NCBI GenBank assembly: GCA_965217775.1
Contig: CBDCJH010000002.1
Location: 640,001-704,000 of the forward strand
Direction: 5' to 3'
Length of the DNA: 64,000 nucleotides
Source: Acidobacteriota bacterium
GTDB taxonomy: Bacteria; Acidobacteriota; UBA6911; RPQK01; JAJDTT01
Each line of letters starts with the position of its first letter. The first letter of the stretch is position 1. This document shows positions 9,582 to 20,949 of this stretch, piece after piece. A model generated the notes under the pieces. The model made no database searches and was not told the origin of the DNA. It saw nothing but the letters and a program-made list of their open reading frames with translations. The position numbers were made by a program, and so were the translations under genes.

Positions 9582-9611
9582 TTGACCTCGAAGGACCGTT
9601 CCTGCTACTGT
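9582..9611 (+). promoter_or_regulatory. Putative sigma70 promoter of the leu genes
   Basis: TTGACC-N18-TACTGT with extended TGn, 43 bp upstream of the leuA ATG. Confidence 0.4.
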
Positions 9612-9654
9612 TTAAGGCTATTTTTTGGCTGAGTACAACTCTGGGAAGGTGCCC

Positions 9655-11202
9655 ATGTCGGAGAAAATCTACATATTCGACACCACGTTGCGTGACGGTG
9701 AGCAGTCTCCCGGATGCTCCATGAACCTTCAGGAAAAGCTGAAGATGGCGCGTCAACTGGAGCGGCTGAACGTGGACATCATCGAGGCCGGCTTCCCGAT
9801 CGCTTCCCAGGGGGACTTCGAGGCGGTGCAAGCCATTGCCGGCGAGGTGAGGGAGCCCACCATCGCCGGTCTGTGCCGGGCCCATCGAATGGATATCGAG
9901 CGAGCCTGGGAGGCCCTTCGGGGAGCGTACAAGCCCCGGATTCACACCTTCATCGCCACTTCGGACATCCACCTGAAACACAAGCTCAGAAGATCCCGGT
10001 CCGAAGTGCTGGAGGTCTCGGTGGAGGCCGTCAAGATTGCCCGGGACCTTTGCGAGGACGTCGAGTTCTCGGCCGAAGACGCCACCAGGAGCGACGTCGA
10101 CTACCTGGTGGAGGTGTTCGACGCCGTCCTCGAGGCGGGCGCCACGACCGTCAACATCCCCGACACGGTGGGCTATTCCGTTCCCGGCGAGTACGGGGCT
10201 CTGATCCAGGAACTCCGTTCCCGGCTCTCCCACCACGAGCACGCCATTTTCAGCACCCACTGCCACAACGATCTGGGGCTGGCCGTCGCCAATACGCTGG
10301 CCGCGTTGGAGGGTGGTTGCCGCCAGGTCGAATGCACCATCAACGGCATCGGCGAACGGGCGGGGAATGCCTCGCTGGAAGAGCTCGTCATGACGCTGCG
10401 GACCCGGGGCAGCATCCTGCCCTTTTACACCGACATCGTCTCGGAGGAACTCTATGCGGCGAGCCGCATGGTGGTGAACCTGACCGGAAGCTTCGTCCAG
10501 GCCAACAAGGCCGTCGTGGGCAAGAATGCCTTCGCCCACGAGGCGGGGATCCACCAGGACGGCATGCTCAAGAATGCCCAGACCTACGAGATCATGACTC
10601 CCCAGTCGGTGGGCCTCAAGAGCAGTTCGCTCGTGCTCGGCAAGCACAGCGGACGCCACGCCCTCCTGCGAAAGTATCAGGATCTGGGTTACGAGCTTTC
10701 GCGCGACGAACTGCATCGAGCCTATTTCTTCTTTACCAAGTTGGCGGATCAGAAGAAGGAAATCTTCGACGAAGACCTGATCACCATCATCCAGGACGGG
10801 ATCAAGACGATTCCCGACACCTACAAGCTCAAATACGTCCATGCCCAGGGCGGAAACCAGCAACTGGCTTCGGCGGTGGTCCAACTCCAGCAGGGTGACG
10901 AAGAATTTGTCGCCACCGCGCACGGCGACGGCCCCATCGATGCCATCTACAAGGCCGTCGACCGGATCACGGGAATCACCGGCCGGCTGCTGGATTACAA
11001 CGTCAGCGCCGTGAGCCGGGGCAAGGACGCCCTGGGTGAAGTCTTCGTTCGCACCAATTTTGGTGGGATCGGATTCACGGGGAAGGCCGCCAGCGTCGAT
11101 GTCATCGATGCCAGCGCGCGCGCCTATCTGAACGCCGTCAACAAGGCTCTGTACGAGGCCAACAGGTTGGAGCGGGCGGCGCCCCGCAGCGCCTCGGCTT
11201 GA
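9655..11202 (+). CDS. leuA: 2-isopropylmalate synthase
   Basis: [36 protein letters not shown]-terminal regulatory domain. Confidence 0.96.
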   Translation: MSEKIYIFDTTLRDGEQSPGCSMNLQEKLKMARQLERLNVDIIEAGFPIASQGDFEAVQAIAGEVREPTIAGLCRAHRMDIERAWEALRGAYKPRIHTFIATSDIHLKHKLRRSRSEVLEVSVEAVKIARDLCEDVEFSAEDATRSDVDYLVEVFDAVLEAGATTVNIPDTVGYSVPGEYGALIQELRSRLSHHEHAIFSTHCHNDLGLAVANTLAALEGGCRQVECTINGIGERAGNASLEELVMTLRTRGSILPFYTDIVSEELYAASRMVVNLTGSFVQANKAVVGKNAFAHEAGIHQDGMLKNAQTYEIMTPQSVGLKSSSLVLGKHSGRHALLRKYQDLGYELSRDELHRAYFFFTKLADQKKEIFDEDLITIIQDGIKTIPDTYKLKYVHAQGGNQQLASAVVQLQQGDEEFVATAHGDGPIDAIYKAVDRITGITGRLLDYNVSAVSRGKDALGEVFVRTNFGGIGFTGKAASVDVIDASARAYLNAVNKALYEANRLERAAPRSASA

Positions 11203-11312
11203 CGGGTCCGACCGGGCGGGCCGATTTTCGGGGCCGATTGTCCGACGCCGGAGTTCCCTTGGACCGCCCCGCCGATAAATCGCAGGCTCGGCCGGAGGAA
11301 CAACCCACAGAC

Positions 11313-12713
11313 ATGCCCAAGACCTTGTTCGCGAAGATTTGGGACGATCACGTCGTTCACCAGGAACCCGGTCGGCCCGATCTCCTGTACATCGATTGCC
11401 ATCTGGTGCACGAGGTCACCTCGCCCCAGGCCTTCGAGGGCTTGCGGCAGGCGGGACGGCAAGTCCGGCGGCCCGATCTGACCACGGCCACGTTGGATCA
11501 CAACATCCCCACCGTGGATCAGAGGTTGCCCATCGCCGACCTCATCGCCAGAAAGCAGGTGGAGACCCTTCGCCGAAATTGCCGGGAATTCGGGATCACG
11601 CTCTACGATCTGGACAGCCGGAATCAGGGCATCGTGCACGTGATCGGCCCGGAGCTGGGCCTGACCCGTCCCGGGCTGACCATGGTCTGCGGCGACAGCC
11701 ACACCTCGACGCACGGCGCCTTCGGAGCTCTGGCCTTCGGCATCGGAACCAGCGAGGTGGAACATGTGCTCGCCACCCAGTGTCTGATCCAAAGCCGGCC
11801 GCGAACCATGCGGGTCCACTTTTCCGGGAGGCTCTCCGCCGGCGTGACCGCCAAGGACGTGATTCTCTACCTGATTCGCACGCTGGGGACGGATGGGGCG
11901 GTGGGTCAGGTCCTCGAGTACGCAGGGCCGGTGGTCGAAGGTTTCTCCATGGAGGAGCGGATGACGCTCTGCAACATGTCCATCGAGGCCGGGGCCCGGG
12001 CCGGAATGGTGGCGCCCGACGAGACCACCTTCGAGTATCTGGAGGGACGTCCGTTCGTCCCCCGGGGGAAGGACTACCAGGAGGCGGTGGACCGGTGGCG
12101 GCTGCTCCCCAGCGATCCCGGCGCCGGCTTCCACCGGGAGCTCGATCTGGACGTGGCTGCCCTGGCGCCCCAGGTGAGTTGGGGAACCAATCCCGGGATG
12201 GTGGTGGATGTGACGGACGCGATTCCCGATCCGGAGACCTTCGACCAGGCAGCGGACCGGGAATCGGGACACAGAGCATTGGATTACATGGATCTGGACC
12301 CGGGAACGCCGGTCCGGGAGGTCCGCGTCGACCGGGTGTTCATCGGGTCCTGCACCAATTCTCGAATCGAGGATCTGCGCAGTGCCGCCCGCATCGCGCA
12401 GGGACGGAAGGTGGACGACAGCGTCTATGCCATGGTGGTCCCCGGGTCGCAGCGCGTGAAGGGGCAGGCCGAAGCCGAAGGACTGGACCGGATCTTCATC
12501 GAAGCCGGGTTCGACTGGCGGGAGTCGGGTTGCAGCATGTGTCTGGGCATGAACCCTGACGTTCTCCAGCCCGGGCAGCGCTGTGCATCCACCTCGAACC
12601 GGAATTTCGAGGGTCGTCAGGGGAAGGGCGGACGGACCCACCTGGTGAGTCCCGCCATGGCGGCCGCGGCGGCGATCCAGGGACGATTCGTGGACATTCG
12701 AGACTGGTTCTGA
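11313..12713 (+). CDS. leuC: 3-isopropylmalate dehydratase large subunit
   Basis: [42 protein letters not shown]. Confidence 0.97.
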   Translation: MPKTLFAKIWDDHVVHQEPGRPDLLYIDCHLVHEVTSPQAFEGLRQAGRQVRRPDLTTATLDHNIPTVDQRLPIADLIARKQVETLRRNCREFGITLYDLDSRNQGIVHVIGPELGLTRPGLTMVCGDSHTSTHGAFGALAFGIGTSEVEHVLATQCLIQSRPRTMRVHFSGRLSAGVTAKDVILYLIRTLGTDGAVGQVLEYAGPVVEGFSMEERMTLCNMSIEAGARAGMVAPDETTFEYLEGRPFVPRGKDYQEAVDRWRLLPSDPGAGFHRELDLDVAALAPQVSWGTNPGMVVDVTDAIPDPETFDQAADRESGHRALDYMDLDPGTPVREVRVDRVFIGSCTNSRIEDLRSAARIAQGRKVDDSVYAMVVPGSQRVKGQAEAEGLDRIFIEAGFDWRESGCSMCLGMNPDVLQPGQRCASTSNRNFEGRQGKGGRTHLVSPAMAAAAAIQGRFVDIRDWF

Positions 12714-12723
12714 GGCACTGAGG

Positions 12724-13314
12724 ATGCAACCCTACCGGCTGGAGACGGGCAAGGTGGCCACCCTGGATCGGGCCAACGTGGACACCGACCAGATCATTCC
12801 CAAGCAGTTCCTGAAGCGGATCGAACGCAGCGGATTCGGCCAGTTCCTCTTCTACGACTGGAGATTTTTGGAGGATGGGAGCCTCGACCCCCGGTTCGAG
12901 TTGAATCAATCCCGGTTCCGGGGCGCCACGGTGTTGTTGACCGGCAGCAACTTCGGCTGCGGTTCCTCCAGGGAACATGCCCCCTGGGCGCTGCTGGACT
13001 ACGGATTTCGGACCATAATCGCGCCCTCGTTTGCCGACATTTTCTACAACAACTGCTTCAAGAACGGGATGTTGCCGATTCGGCTCCCCCAGGAGCAGGT
13101 GAGGGATCTCTTCCGGCGGGTCAGCGAAGATCCGGACTACACCCTGTCCGCGGACCTGGAGAGCTGCACGCTCCGGGACGGCAAGGGTATGAACCTGGAG
13201 TTCCCGGTGGAGCCGTTCCGGAGGCACTGCCTGTTGGAGGGCCTCGACGAGATCGGACTCACCCTCCGGCACGAGGAGAAGATCAGCCGGTACGAGGCGG
13301 CTCACCCCGCATAA
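12724..13314 (+). CDS. leuD: 3-isopropylmalate dehydratase small subunit
   Basis: [24 protein letters not shown]. Confidence 0.97.
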   Translation: MQPYRLETGKVATLDRANVDTDQIIPKQFLKRIERSGFGQFLFYDWRFLEDGSLDPRFELNQSRFRGATVLLTGSNFGCGSSREHAPWALLDYGFRTIIAPSFADIFYNNCFKNGMLPIRLPQEQVRDLFRRVSEDPDYTLSADLESCTLRDGKGMNLEFPVEPFRRHCLLEGLDEIGLTLRHEEKISRYEAAHPA

Positions 13315-13368
13315 GCGGTCCGCATCCGGAGCCGCCGGCCGAGACGATTCCGGGGCCTCGGCCAGATC

Positions 13369-13839
13369 TCAGGCGGACCTCAGCGCTTCCAGCTTGTCCC
13401 GCACCTTCCGTGCGTGTCCCCTGGCCCTGACGCTGCGCCAGTGGTGAGCCACTTTTCCGGAAGGATTGATGATCACGGTGGAGCGTTTGACGCCCAGGAA
13501 GGTCCGGCCGTACATTTTCTTTTCGCCCCAGGCCCCGTATTCCTCCATCACCTTGTGGTCCGGGTCCGAAAGGAGCGCAATCTTCAGGTCGAACTTTTCG
13601 ATGAAGTTGCGATGCTTGCGGGTCGTGTCGGGGCTGCAACCCAGGACCACCGCGTCGAGTGCCGCGAATTCCGCCACGCCGGCGGTGAACTCACAGGCTT
13701 CGACGGTGCAGCCGGGGGTGTTGTCCCTGGGGTAGAAGTAGAGGACGATCCACTGGCCGTCCAGATCGCTGAGACGGACGTCCTGGTCCGCTTGGTTCTT
13801 GAGGCTGAAGTCAGGGGCTGGATTTCCGATTTCGATCAT
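13369..13839 (-). CDS. bcp: Thioredoxin-dependent peroxiredoxin Bcp
   Basis: YFYPRDNTPGCTVEAC. Confidence 0.92.
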   Translation of the reverse strand: MIEIGNPAPDFSLKNQADQDVRLSDLDGQWIVLYFYPRDNTPGCTVEACEFTAGVAEFAALDAVVLGCSPDTTRKHRNFIEKFDLKIALLSDPDHKVMEEYGAWGEKKMYGRTFLGVKRSTVIINPSGKVAHHWRSVRARGHARKVRDKLEALRSA

Positions 13840-13883
13840 TTTCCTTGATTCTCCCGGATGAAATGTACCGCTGCCGCGGCCTT

Positions 13884-16148
13884 TCAGAGGTCGATAGTGA
13901 TGGGCTCGCGCCCCTCCTCCTTCGCTTCCACGGTGCCGATGACGGCTGCCTCCGAGTCACCCCCGGCCCGCAGCTCTTCGACACAGGTTTCCGAGCATTG
14001 TTCCGGTACGCTGGCAAGCAATCCACCGGCGGTCTGGGGATCGAACAACAGCGGGAAGGCCGGTGCTCTCGACGCCAGTCTAAGGTTCCGAACGGCTCCC
14101 CGCAACCGCAGGTTCTGAGGCTGCAGCGAGCTCTGGATTCCGGCGCCGGCGGTCTCGACGGCCCCTTCCAGGAAGGGGACGGCGGGCAACGAGATACGGA
14201 CCTGGACGTTGGAGTCCCGGACCATTTCGAACAGATGACCCAGAAGACCGAAGCCGCTGACGTCGGTGCAGGCATGGGCCGCTTGACGAAGAAAGCAGTC
14301 TGCGGCTTGTTGATTGGACCGGAGCATGGAGTCCAGAGTTCCACGAATCCAGCGGCCTTTGGCCTTCAGCCGCATCTGGGCGGCGAAGAGGGCTCCGGTC
14401 CCCAGGGGCTTGGTCAGGATGAGGCGGTCTCCCGGCGCCATCGTCCCCTTGCGCAGGAGCCGGTCGGAATCGGCGAGGCCGGAGACGGACAGACCCAAGG
14501 CCAACTCGGAGCCCTCCAGAGTGTGGCCTCCCACCAACTCCGCTCCGGCCCGGCGCAGGACCCGTCTCGCGCCTTGCAGCAACTCCTCCAATGTCACTTC
14601 CATTTTGTCTTCGGAAGCCAGAGGCAGGGCAGCGATGGCCAATGCCGTCCGGGGTTGGCCGCCCATGGCGAAGATGTCGCTCAGACAATGGTGGGCGGCG
14701 ATCTGGCCGAACAGGTAGGGATCGTCGACGATGGCCGGGAACATGTCGACCGACTGGAGGAGGACCTTGCCCGGCGGGACCGACAGCGCTGCCGCGTCCT
14801 CCGCGGCCTCCAGACCCAGCACCACATCCGGCGGGTTCCCCGGATCGATCCGGCCCAACACCCGTTCCAGGACTGCGGCTCCCAGCTTGGATCCGCATCC
14901 CCGGCAACGCATGAGGTGATCCGTAGCCGGAACCGCCGGCCTTTCCGACATCCCTCTCCGGTGGGAAGCCACCGGCTCGATGTGAATCTCCGAAAGACGG
15001 TTGAAGCGCGCCATGAATTTCCGGTCGAGCCAATCCTTCCAATGCCAGACCCAACGTCCCTCCAGAGACCAGGAGCCCCGAGAGGCCACGGCGCGCCGGT
15101 CCCCGGTGCTGATCAAGCTCAGGAACTTCCTCTGGGGATGAAACGGTTTCGGAGGAAGTCCCTGCAGGGCTCGGCGCAGATTCCGCTCGAGTGGCTTCCC
15201 CTGGCGGACCGCGAAGACCCCCGCCTTCTCTCGGGGATGGGGGACGACGGCGGCCACGTCTCCTGCGGCGAAGACGCCCGGATGTGAGGTCGACTCCAGG
15301 GTGGCTTCGACCTTCACGAAGCCTTGGGCGTCCACTTCCAAATTCGACTCCCGAAGCCAGCCGGGGGCCGAAGCCTGGGTGACCCACAGGATTTCATCCA
15401 GGTCATGGGTGGAGCCATCCTCCAGGAACAGGATCCGGCCTCGGATCCGGATGACCTTCAGTCCGGGGTAAAGGCGGATGCCGCGCCGTTGGAGCAGCCT
15501 TTGAAACCTGGTCCGGACCCGACGATTGTGGGTGGGGAGGATGGTCGCGGAAGCGAAAAAGAGATGAAATTCCGGAGCCTCGCGAGGGCGGCCCGATACG
15601 CGCCGCAGGTTTTCCAGCGCATGCCGGACCGACAACAGAAGTTCGACGCCGCCGGCTCCGGCTCCGACCACGCCGATGCGGGTTCGGGTGGCTCTGGCCA
15701 GGACGCGTTGCCTGACCTCGGCCCAGCGGCTGAGAAAGTTGCCGATGGGCTTGACCGGAACCACCGATTCGGCGGCTCCCGGAACCGGGTCCGGAGTGGG
15801 TGTGGAGCCGATGTTGATGGAGACCAGATCGTAGGGTACGGGCGGCCGGGAACGGCACAGGATCCTTTTGGAATCCAGGTCCAGGCCGATCACCTCATCG
15901 TGGTAAAGGCGGGCGCCGGAAAACTGGGAGAGAGGCCCTAGGTCGATGTGGGTCTCGTCGAATTCGTAGTGACCGGCGATGAGGCCCGGGAGCATGCCTG
16001 AGTACGGGGTGTGGACGTCCCGGGTAATGAGACTCAGGCGAACGCCCGGCATGGGCCTGGCGCCGAAGCCCTTCAGGACTCCCACGTGGCTGTGGCCGCC
16101 TCCGACCAGAACCAGATCCTTGGTGACGGGAGCTTGAATCCGATTCAT
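13884..16148 (-). CDS. selD: Selenide, water dikinase fused to an N-terminal FAD/NAD oxidoreductase
   Basis: N-terminal GGGHSH, GAGAGG, FAAGD; C-terminal MRCRGCGSK, LVGGHT, LTKPLGTG, TDVSGFGLLGH, DPQTAGGLL. Confidence 0.92.
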   Translation of the reverse strand: MNRIQAPVTKDLVLVGGGHSHVGVLKGFGARPMPGVRLSLITRDVHTPYSGMLPGLIAGHYEFDETHIDLGPLSQFSGARLYHDEVIGLDLDSKRILCRSRPPVPYDLVSINIGSTPTPDPVPGAAESVVPVKPIGNFLSRWAEVRQRVLARATRTRIGVVGAGAGGVELLLSVRHALENLRRVSGRPREAPEFHLFFASATILPTHNRRVRTRFQRLLQRRGIRLYPGLKVIRIRGRILFLEDGSTHDLDEILWVTQASAPGWLRESNLEVDAQGFVKVEATLESTSHPGVFAAGDVAAVVPHPREKAGVFAVRQGKPLERNLRRALQGLPPKPFHPQRKFLSLISTGDRRAVASRGSWSLEGRWVWHWKDWLDRKFMARFNRLSEIHIEPVASHRRGMSERPAVPATDHLMRCRGCGSKLGAAVLERVLGRIDPGNPPDVVLGLEAAEDAAALSVPPGKVLLQSVDMFPAIVDDPYLFGQIAAHHCLSDIFAMGGQPRTALAIAALPLASEDKMEVTLEELLQGARRVLRRAGAELVGGHTLEGSELALGLSVSGLADSDRLLRKGTMAPGDRLILTKPLGTGALFAAQMRLKAKGRWIRGTLDSMLRSNQQAADCFLRQAAHACTDVSGFGLLGHLFEMVRDSNVQVRISLPAVPFLEGAVETAGAGIQSSLQPQNLRLRGAVRNLRLASRAPAFPLLFDPQTAGGLLASVPEQCSETCVEELRAGGDSEAAVIGTVEAKEEGREPITIDL

Positions 16149-16239
16149 GACTCGTCAGGAGAAGGTGGAGGCCAGCCGAAGCGGATCCCGGACCGCAGAC
16201 AATCGAGCGTACCACAGGGCGCGGATCGGGGAACCATAT

Positions 16240-16397
16240 CAGCCCGTGGCAAAAGTCGTCACGGCATTCGACCGTTCCTGCATCCCGGCGGACTGCGTTG
16301 CGATTCGGGCACATACTCCCGGTATGCACCCGAATCGCGCCTTGTCCGGCGGGCGCAGGAACGGTCTCGGTGCTCGCGCGACTTTCACCACGGACTG
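16240..16397 (-). mobile_element. 158-bp MITE, copy 2
   Basis: Inverted relative to copy 1; ATAT duplicated at 16236-16239 and 16398-16401. Confidence 0.9.
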
Positions 16398-16504
16398 ATA
16401 TCAGCTCGTAGCGAACTTCCCTTGTCCCTGCGACTTTTGCCCCGGGCTCACCTGTAGCAAAATACCGGGACGAGGGCGGGAGCGCTCTCGGGGCCGGGGT
16501 TGAA

Positions 16505-19117
16505 ATGAGATACGATCGCCGACTGCTCGCGTCCTGCCTTCTCTTGATTCCCGCATATTGTCTGTTTCTCCCGGCGGCGGCTCAGACGCGGGAGGCCGCG
16601 GAGCAACAGAGGGGGCCCGCCGGGCAGGAGGAGCCGGCAGAGTCCGAGCAGTCGCCGGAGGAAACGCAACCCCACTTGACCGAAGAGATCGTGGTCGTCG
16701 GCACCCGGGCCCAGCCGCGGACGGTGACGGAGTCGGTGGTGCCCATCGACGTGATCTCGTCCAAGGACATCGTCAGCCAGGGTGAGCCGGACGTGGCCGA
16801 CCAGTTGAGAAACGTGCTTCCGGCCTACAACGTCAATCCCCAGCCGGTGGGCGATGCGGCCCGGATCATCCGCCCGGCGACCCTCCGGGGCCTGGCTCCC
16901 GATCATACGCTGGTCCTGGTCAACGGAAAGCGGCGCCACCGCGGCGCCGTCATCACCTGGCTGGGGAATGGAGTCGCGGACGGAGCGCAAGGACCCGACA
17001 TTTCCGTGATTCCATCCATCGCGTTGCGCCAGGTGGAGGTGCTGCGCGACGGCGCCTCGGCTCAATACGGCTCGGACGCCATCGCCGGCGTTCTGAATTT
17101 CCTGCTCAAGGACGATTCCTCGGGCGGCAGCGTGGAGTTCCGTACCGGCCGCTTTCTCGCCGGGGACGGCGGCACCTACACCGTCTCCGGGAACGTCGGC
17201 CTGCCCCTCGGACCGGGTGGATTCGCCAACCTGAGCGTCGAATACGGCAACACCGCCGCCACCAGCCGCAGTGTCCAACGCGCCGACGCCGGGCACCTCA
17301 TTGCCGTCGGGAACGCCCATGTCGCCGACCCGGCCCAGATCTGGGGTTCACCCGCCATCGACGACGACTTCAAGTTCTGGGGCAACTTCGGGCGCGTGTT
17401 CGACCAGGTGCAGTTCTACGGTCACACCAACTACGCCAGCAGGCGGGTCACCGGCGGTTTCTTTTTCCGCAATCCCAATACCCGGGCGGCCGTCTTCAGT
17501 GCCGACGGCGGAAAGACCCTCCTCGTCGGGGACCGTCTCGACACCCAGGACGGAATCCTCGACGGTTCGGCCGGCTGCCCCCGGGTCCCCATCGCCAACG
17601 GGGTCCCCGACCGGAATGCTCTTGACGGAGTTTTTTCCGATCCCGACTGTTTCTCGTTTCAGGAGCTCTTCCCGGGAGGCTTCAGGCCGCAGTTCGGCGG
17701 CGAACTGACCGACGCGTCGGTCGCCGCCGGCCTTCGTGGTCAGACCTCTGTCGGGATGGTGTGGGATGCGAGCTTCAGCCTGGGTTCCAGCTCAGTGGAT
17801 TTTTTCATTTTCGATACGGTCAATGCGTCGTTGGGTCCGGCCACGCCCATCGAATTCGACCCTGGTCTCTACCGGCAACAGGACCTCGCCTTCAATCTGG
17901 ACCTGAGCTATGCCGTCAGTGACCAACTCCACCTGGCCGGGGGCGGGGAATGGCGCGAGGAGGACTTCAAGATCGGCCTGGGACAGAATGAGGCGTGGGA
18001 GATTGGACCCTACGCGCCTCAGGGCTTCAGTGCCGGCTCCAACGGATTTCCGGGATTCAGTCCCATCGCCGCCGGCCAGTGGGACCGGGCCAACTATGCT
18101 CTCTACGGCGACCTGGAGTTACGCGGACGTTCCAACAAATGGACCATCGGAGCCGCGGCACGGATCGAAGACTACGAGGACTTCGGAGCCACTCTCAACG
18201 GCAAGTTGGCGGGACGCTACGTTTTGACTCCGGCCTGGGCGCTGCGCGGTAGCGTCAGCAGCGGTTTCCGGGCTCCCACACCGGGCCAGCAGAACGCCTT
18301 CAATGTGTCGACCCGCTATGACCTTCAGCTCAGGGACCTGGTCAACGACGGCACCATCCCCTCGACTTCCCGGGCAGCCCAACTCCGGGGCGGCCGGCTG
18401 CTGGAGCCCGAGCGGTCCATCAACACCAGTCTGGGTGCGGTGGCCGACCGGGGACCGGTGAAGCTGACGGTCGACTACTTCCGCATCGATCTCTCCAATC
18501 GCCTCGCCTTGACCCAGTTGTTCGCCCTCGGTCCCGAGGAAGTGGAGACCCTCATCTCGGAGGGAGTCACCAGCGCCCGCAACCTGCAGAACTTCCGATT
18601 CTTCACCAATGACTTCGAGACCCGGACCCAGGGGATCGACCTGGTGGCCACGGTCACGCCCGCCTCGTTGGGAGGCGCGACGACGTTCGGCTTCCTCTTC
18701 AACCATACCGATACCGAAGTCACCGAGTTCAACCCGGGCGTGCTGGACGCCGTCCGTCTCCGGCAGTTGCAAGAGGCCATTCCGGGAACCCGCTGGAACG
18801 TCTCGGCCCGACACGACCTGGGCCGTTGGCGCCTTTTGGGGCGTCTGAACTAATATGACGACTGGTTCGATTCCCGGGACGTCCGAGTCTACAACGGCGA
18901 CTACATCTTCGATCTTCAAGCCTCCCGTTCCATTGGAGATGCCGTCACCATCACCGTCGGCGCCCGGAACGTGTTCGACAATCAGCCGGAAGAAAACCCC
19001 AACGCCTCGGCCGTCGGCAATCGGTACAGTCCCTACACGCCGTTCAACTACAACGGGGCGTTCTACTACTTCCGCATCGCCTACGAATGGAAATGGAATC
19101 GTGACGCCGGCCTATGA
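16505..19117 (+). pseudogene. TonB-dependent receptor with in-frame TAA at 18851-18853
   Basis: TonB box EEIVVVGTR; plug motifs LVLVNGKR and GASAQYGSDAIAGV; frame continues past the TAA (YDDWF...GARNVFD...NGAFYYFRIAYEW) to TGA 19117. Confidence 0.85.
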
Positions 19118-19274
19118 GGGTCCCGCGCCGGGATTTCGAATGCGTGGTACCAGCGTCGATGCCAAATAGTAGACTGAGGCGGAGGGAGTGACCCCGGCGG
19201 CCGGCGGATGGCCCCATTCGGAAGGCTCACAACCGGCCCCGCGGCCAGAACGTCTCCAGAGAGGAGAAGGTCAG

Positions 19275-20183
19275 ATGCGAGTTCTCGTTACCGGAGCCAC
19301 CGGGTTCGTTGGACGCAGGCTCTGTGAGGTGTTGTCCGGGTCGGGTTGCCGGGTGACGGCACTTTCACGCCGCCCGGACGCTGCCCGGAAAACCGTTCCC
19401 AGTCTTTCCCAGGTCTACGCTTGGCGTCCGGTGGAGGAGGCTCCGCCGCTCGAGAGCCTGCAGCAGGTGGATGCCGTCATCCACTTGGCGGGTGAAAGCG
19501 TCGTCGGCCGCTGGACTGCCCGCAAACGGCGGGCCATCCGAGAGAGCCGGGTTCGTGCCACCAGGAATCTGGCCGACGCCATACGGCGGGCGGAAGCAGG
19601 ACCCAAGACGCTGATTTCGGCCAGCGCCATCGGCTATTACGGAGATCAGGGAGAGACGGAGCTGATCGAGTCGATGCCGGCTGCCAACGACTTCCTGGGG
19701 GAGGTCTGTGGCCAGTGGGAGAAAGAAGGCGCTCGCGCGTCGGAGACGGGCGTCCGCGTGGTCCATCTCCGTATCGGCATCGTCCTGGCCGCAGGCGGAG
19801 GAGCCCTGGACGCCATGCTGCTGCCGGCGCGGCTGGGATTGGGTGGCCCCCTGGGTTCGGGCCGCCAGTGGTGGTCCTGGATTCACCGGGAGGATCTGAT
19901 CGGCATGGTGCAGCACGTGCTGGCCGGCGAGAACCTCTCGGGTCCCTTCAATGCGGCGTCCTCGAATCCGGTTCGGCAAAAGGATTTTGCCAAAGTGTTG
20001 GGAAGGGTCCTGTCCCGTCCCGCGTTCCTGCCCACGCCCGGGATCGCGCTGAAACTGGTTCTGGGCGGCTTTGCCGTGGAGCTTCTCTCCAGCAAGAAGG
20101 TGCTGCCGGACCGGATTCAGGAGAGTGGCTACCGCTTTCGTTTCCCCGATCTGGAACCGGCGCTCCGGGAAATCCTGGGGTAG
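19275..20183 (+). CDS. TIGR01777-family NAD-dependent epimerase/oxidoreductase
   Basis: VTGATGFVG, HLAGE, SASAIGYYG, GSGRQWWSWIH. Confidence 0.92.
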   Translation: MRVLVTGATGFVGRRLCEVLSGSGCRVTALSRRPDAARKTVPSLSQVYAWRPVEEAPPLESLQQVDAVIHLAGESVVGRWTARKRRAIRESRVRATRNLADAIRRAEAGPKTLISASAIGYYGDQGETELIESMPAANDFLGEVCGQWEKEGARASETGVRVVHLRIGIVLAAGGGALDAMLLPARLGLGGPLGSGRQWWSWIHREDLIGMVQHVLAGENLSGPFNAASSNPVRQKDFAKVLGRVLSRPAFLPTPGIALKLVLGGFAVELLSSKKVLPDRIQESGYRFRFPDLEPALREILG

Positions 20184-20238
20184 CCGTGAGTCACTGCGGG
20201 CTTGCCCGGCTCCCGGCGGGCAAGCTGCGAAGCATCCT

Positions 20239-20625
20239 TTACCTCAACGGTTTCGGGCGATAGACGAATTGGAGGATGTTGCCCTCGAGATCGGGAAAGA
20301 AAGCCAGCTTGGTGCCGGTAGAACTCACGGAGATGGGTTGCAGGAGTTCGATGCCCCGCTCCTTGATGTGCTGGCAGGCTTCTTCGAAGTCGACGACGGT
20401 GAAGGCAAGGTGGCGGATGCCGGCGTCGTCCCCTTCGGCTTCCATGCGGGGACGGTCGCTGGAGGGAAGGATCTCCAGGACTCCGGTTCCGGGAACGGCC
20501 ACGAAGTAGGTGGAGTACGCCTCGTCGGCTACGGCGATCTCGCATCCCAGGTTCGTGCAGTACCAGTCGGCCAGCGCTGTAGGGTCATCGGCCACGATGG
20601 CCACATGTTCCAATGCTGTGATCAT
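20239..20625 (-). CDS. VOC/glyoxalase family protein
   Basis: EHVAI, HLAF, DLEGNILQ. Confidence 0.85.
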   Translation of the reverse strand: MITALEHVAIVADDPTALADWYCTNLGCEIAVADEAYSTYFVAVPGTGVLEILPSSDRPRMEAEGDDAGIRHLAFTVVDFEEACQHIKERGIELLQPISVSSTGTKLAFFPDLEGNILQFVYRPKPLR

Positions 20626-20716
20626 GACTCGTCTCCTTCCGTTCGGCGGGGCATTCCCCGGAGGCTATGGACCGCCAGTTTATGCAACCGGAAGGAAAGA
20701 AAAAAGAGAAAACAGC

Positions 20717-20842
20717 GTAGGGGCGACCCTTGTGGTCGCCCTCCCTGACCCTTGTGGTCGCCCTCCCTGACCCTTGTGGTCGCCCTCCCCGGGCCGAGAG
20801 CAGTGAGAGGCGACAGCGGGCACCCACAAGGGGTGCCCCTAC
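20717..20842. repeat. REP doublet (REPIN-like) with 3 x 22-bp tandem slippage
   Basis: GTAGGGGCGACCCTTGTGGTCGCCC; unit GACCCTTGTGGTCGCCCTCCC(T/C) x3 at 20725-20790; inverted REP at 20818-20842. Confidence 0.85.
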
Positions 20843-20949
20843 GTGCCGACCATGGCACCGGAGCCGTACCGTTCAAGTGAGATGCGGGAAGGGTCGAATG
20901 CCGTGACGTGGTCTGACCCGGACTGTTACTATCCTGGGGCTTCGCGGGG

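Noticed and set aside
9655-13314. leuB missing from the leu cluster
   Set aside because: Split leu operons are common; leuB is probably elsewhere.
20725-20790. CRISPR-like repeat
   Set aside because: Direct tandem 22-mers with no unique spacers.
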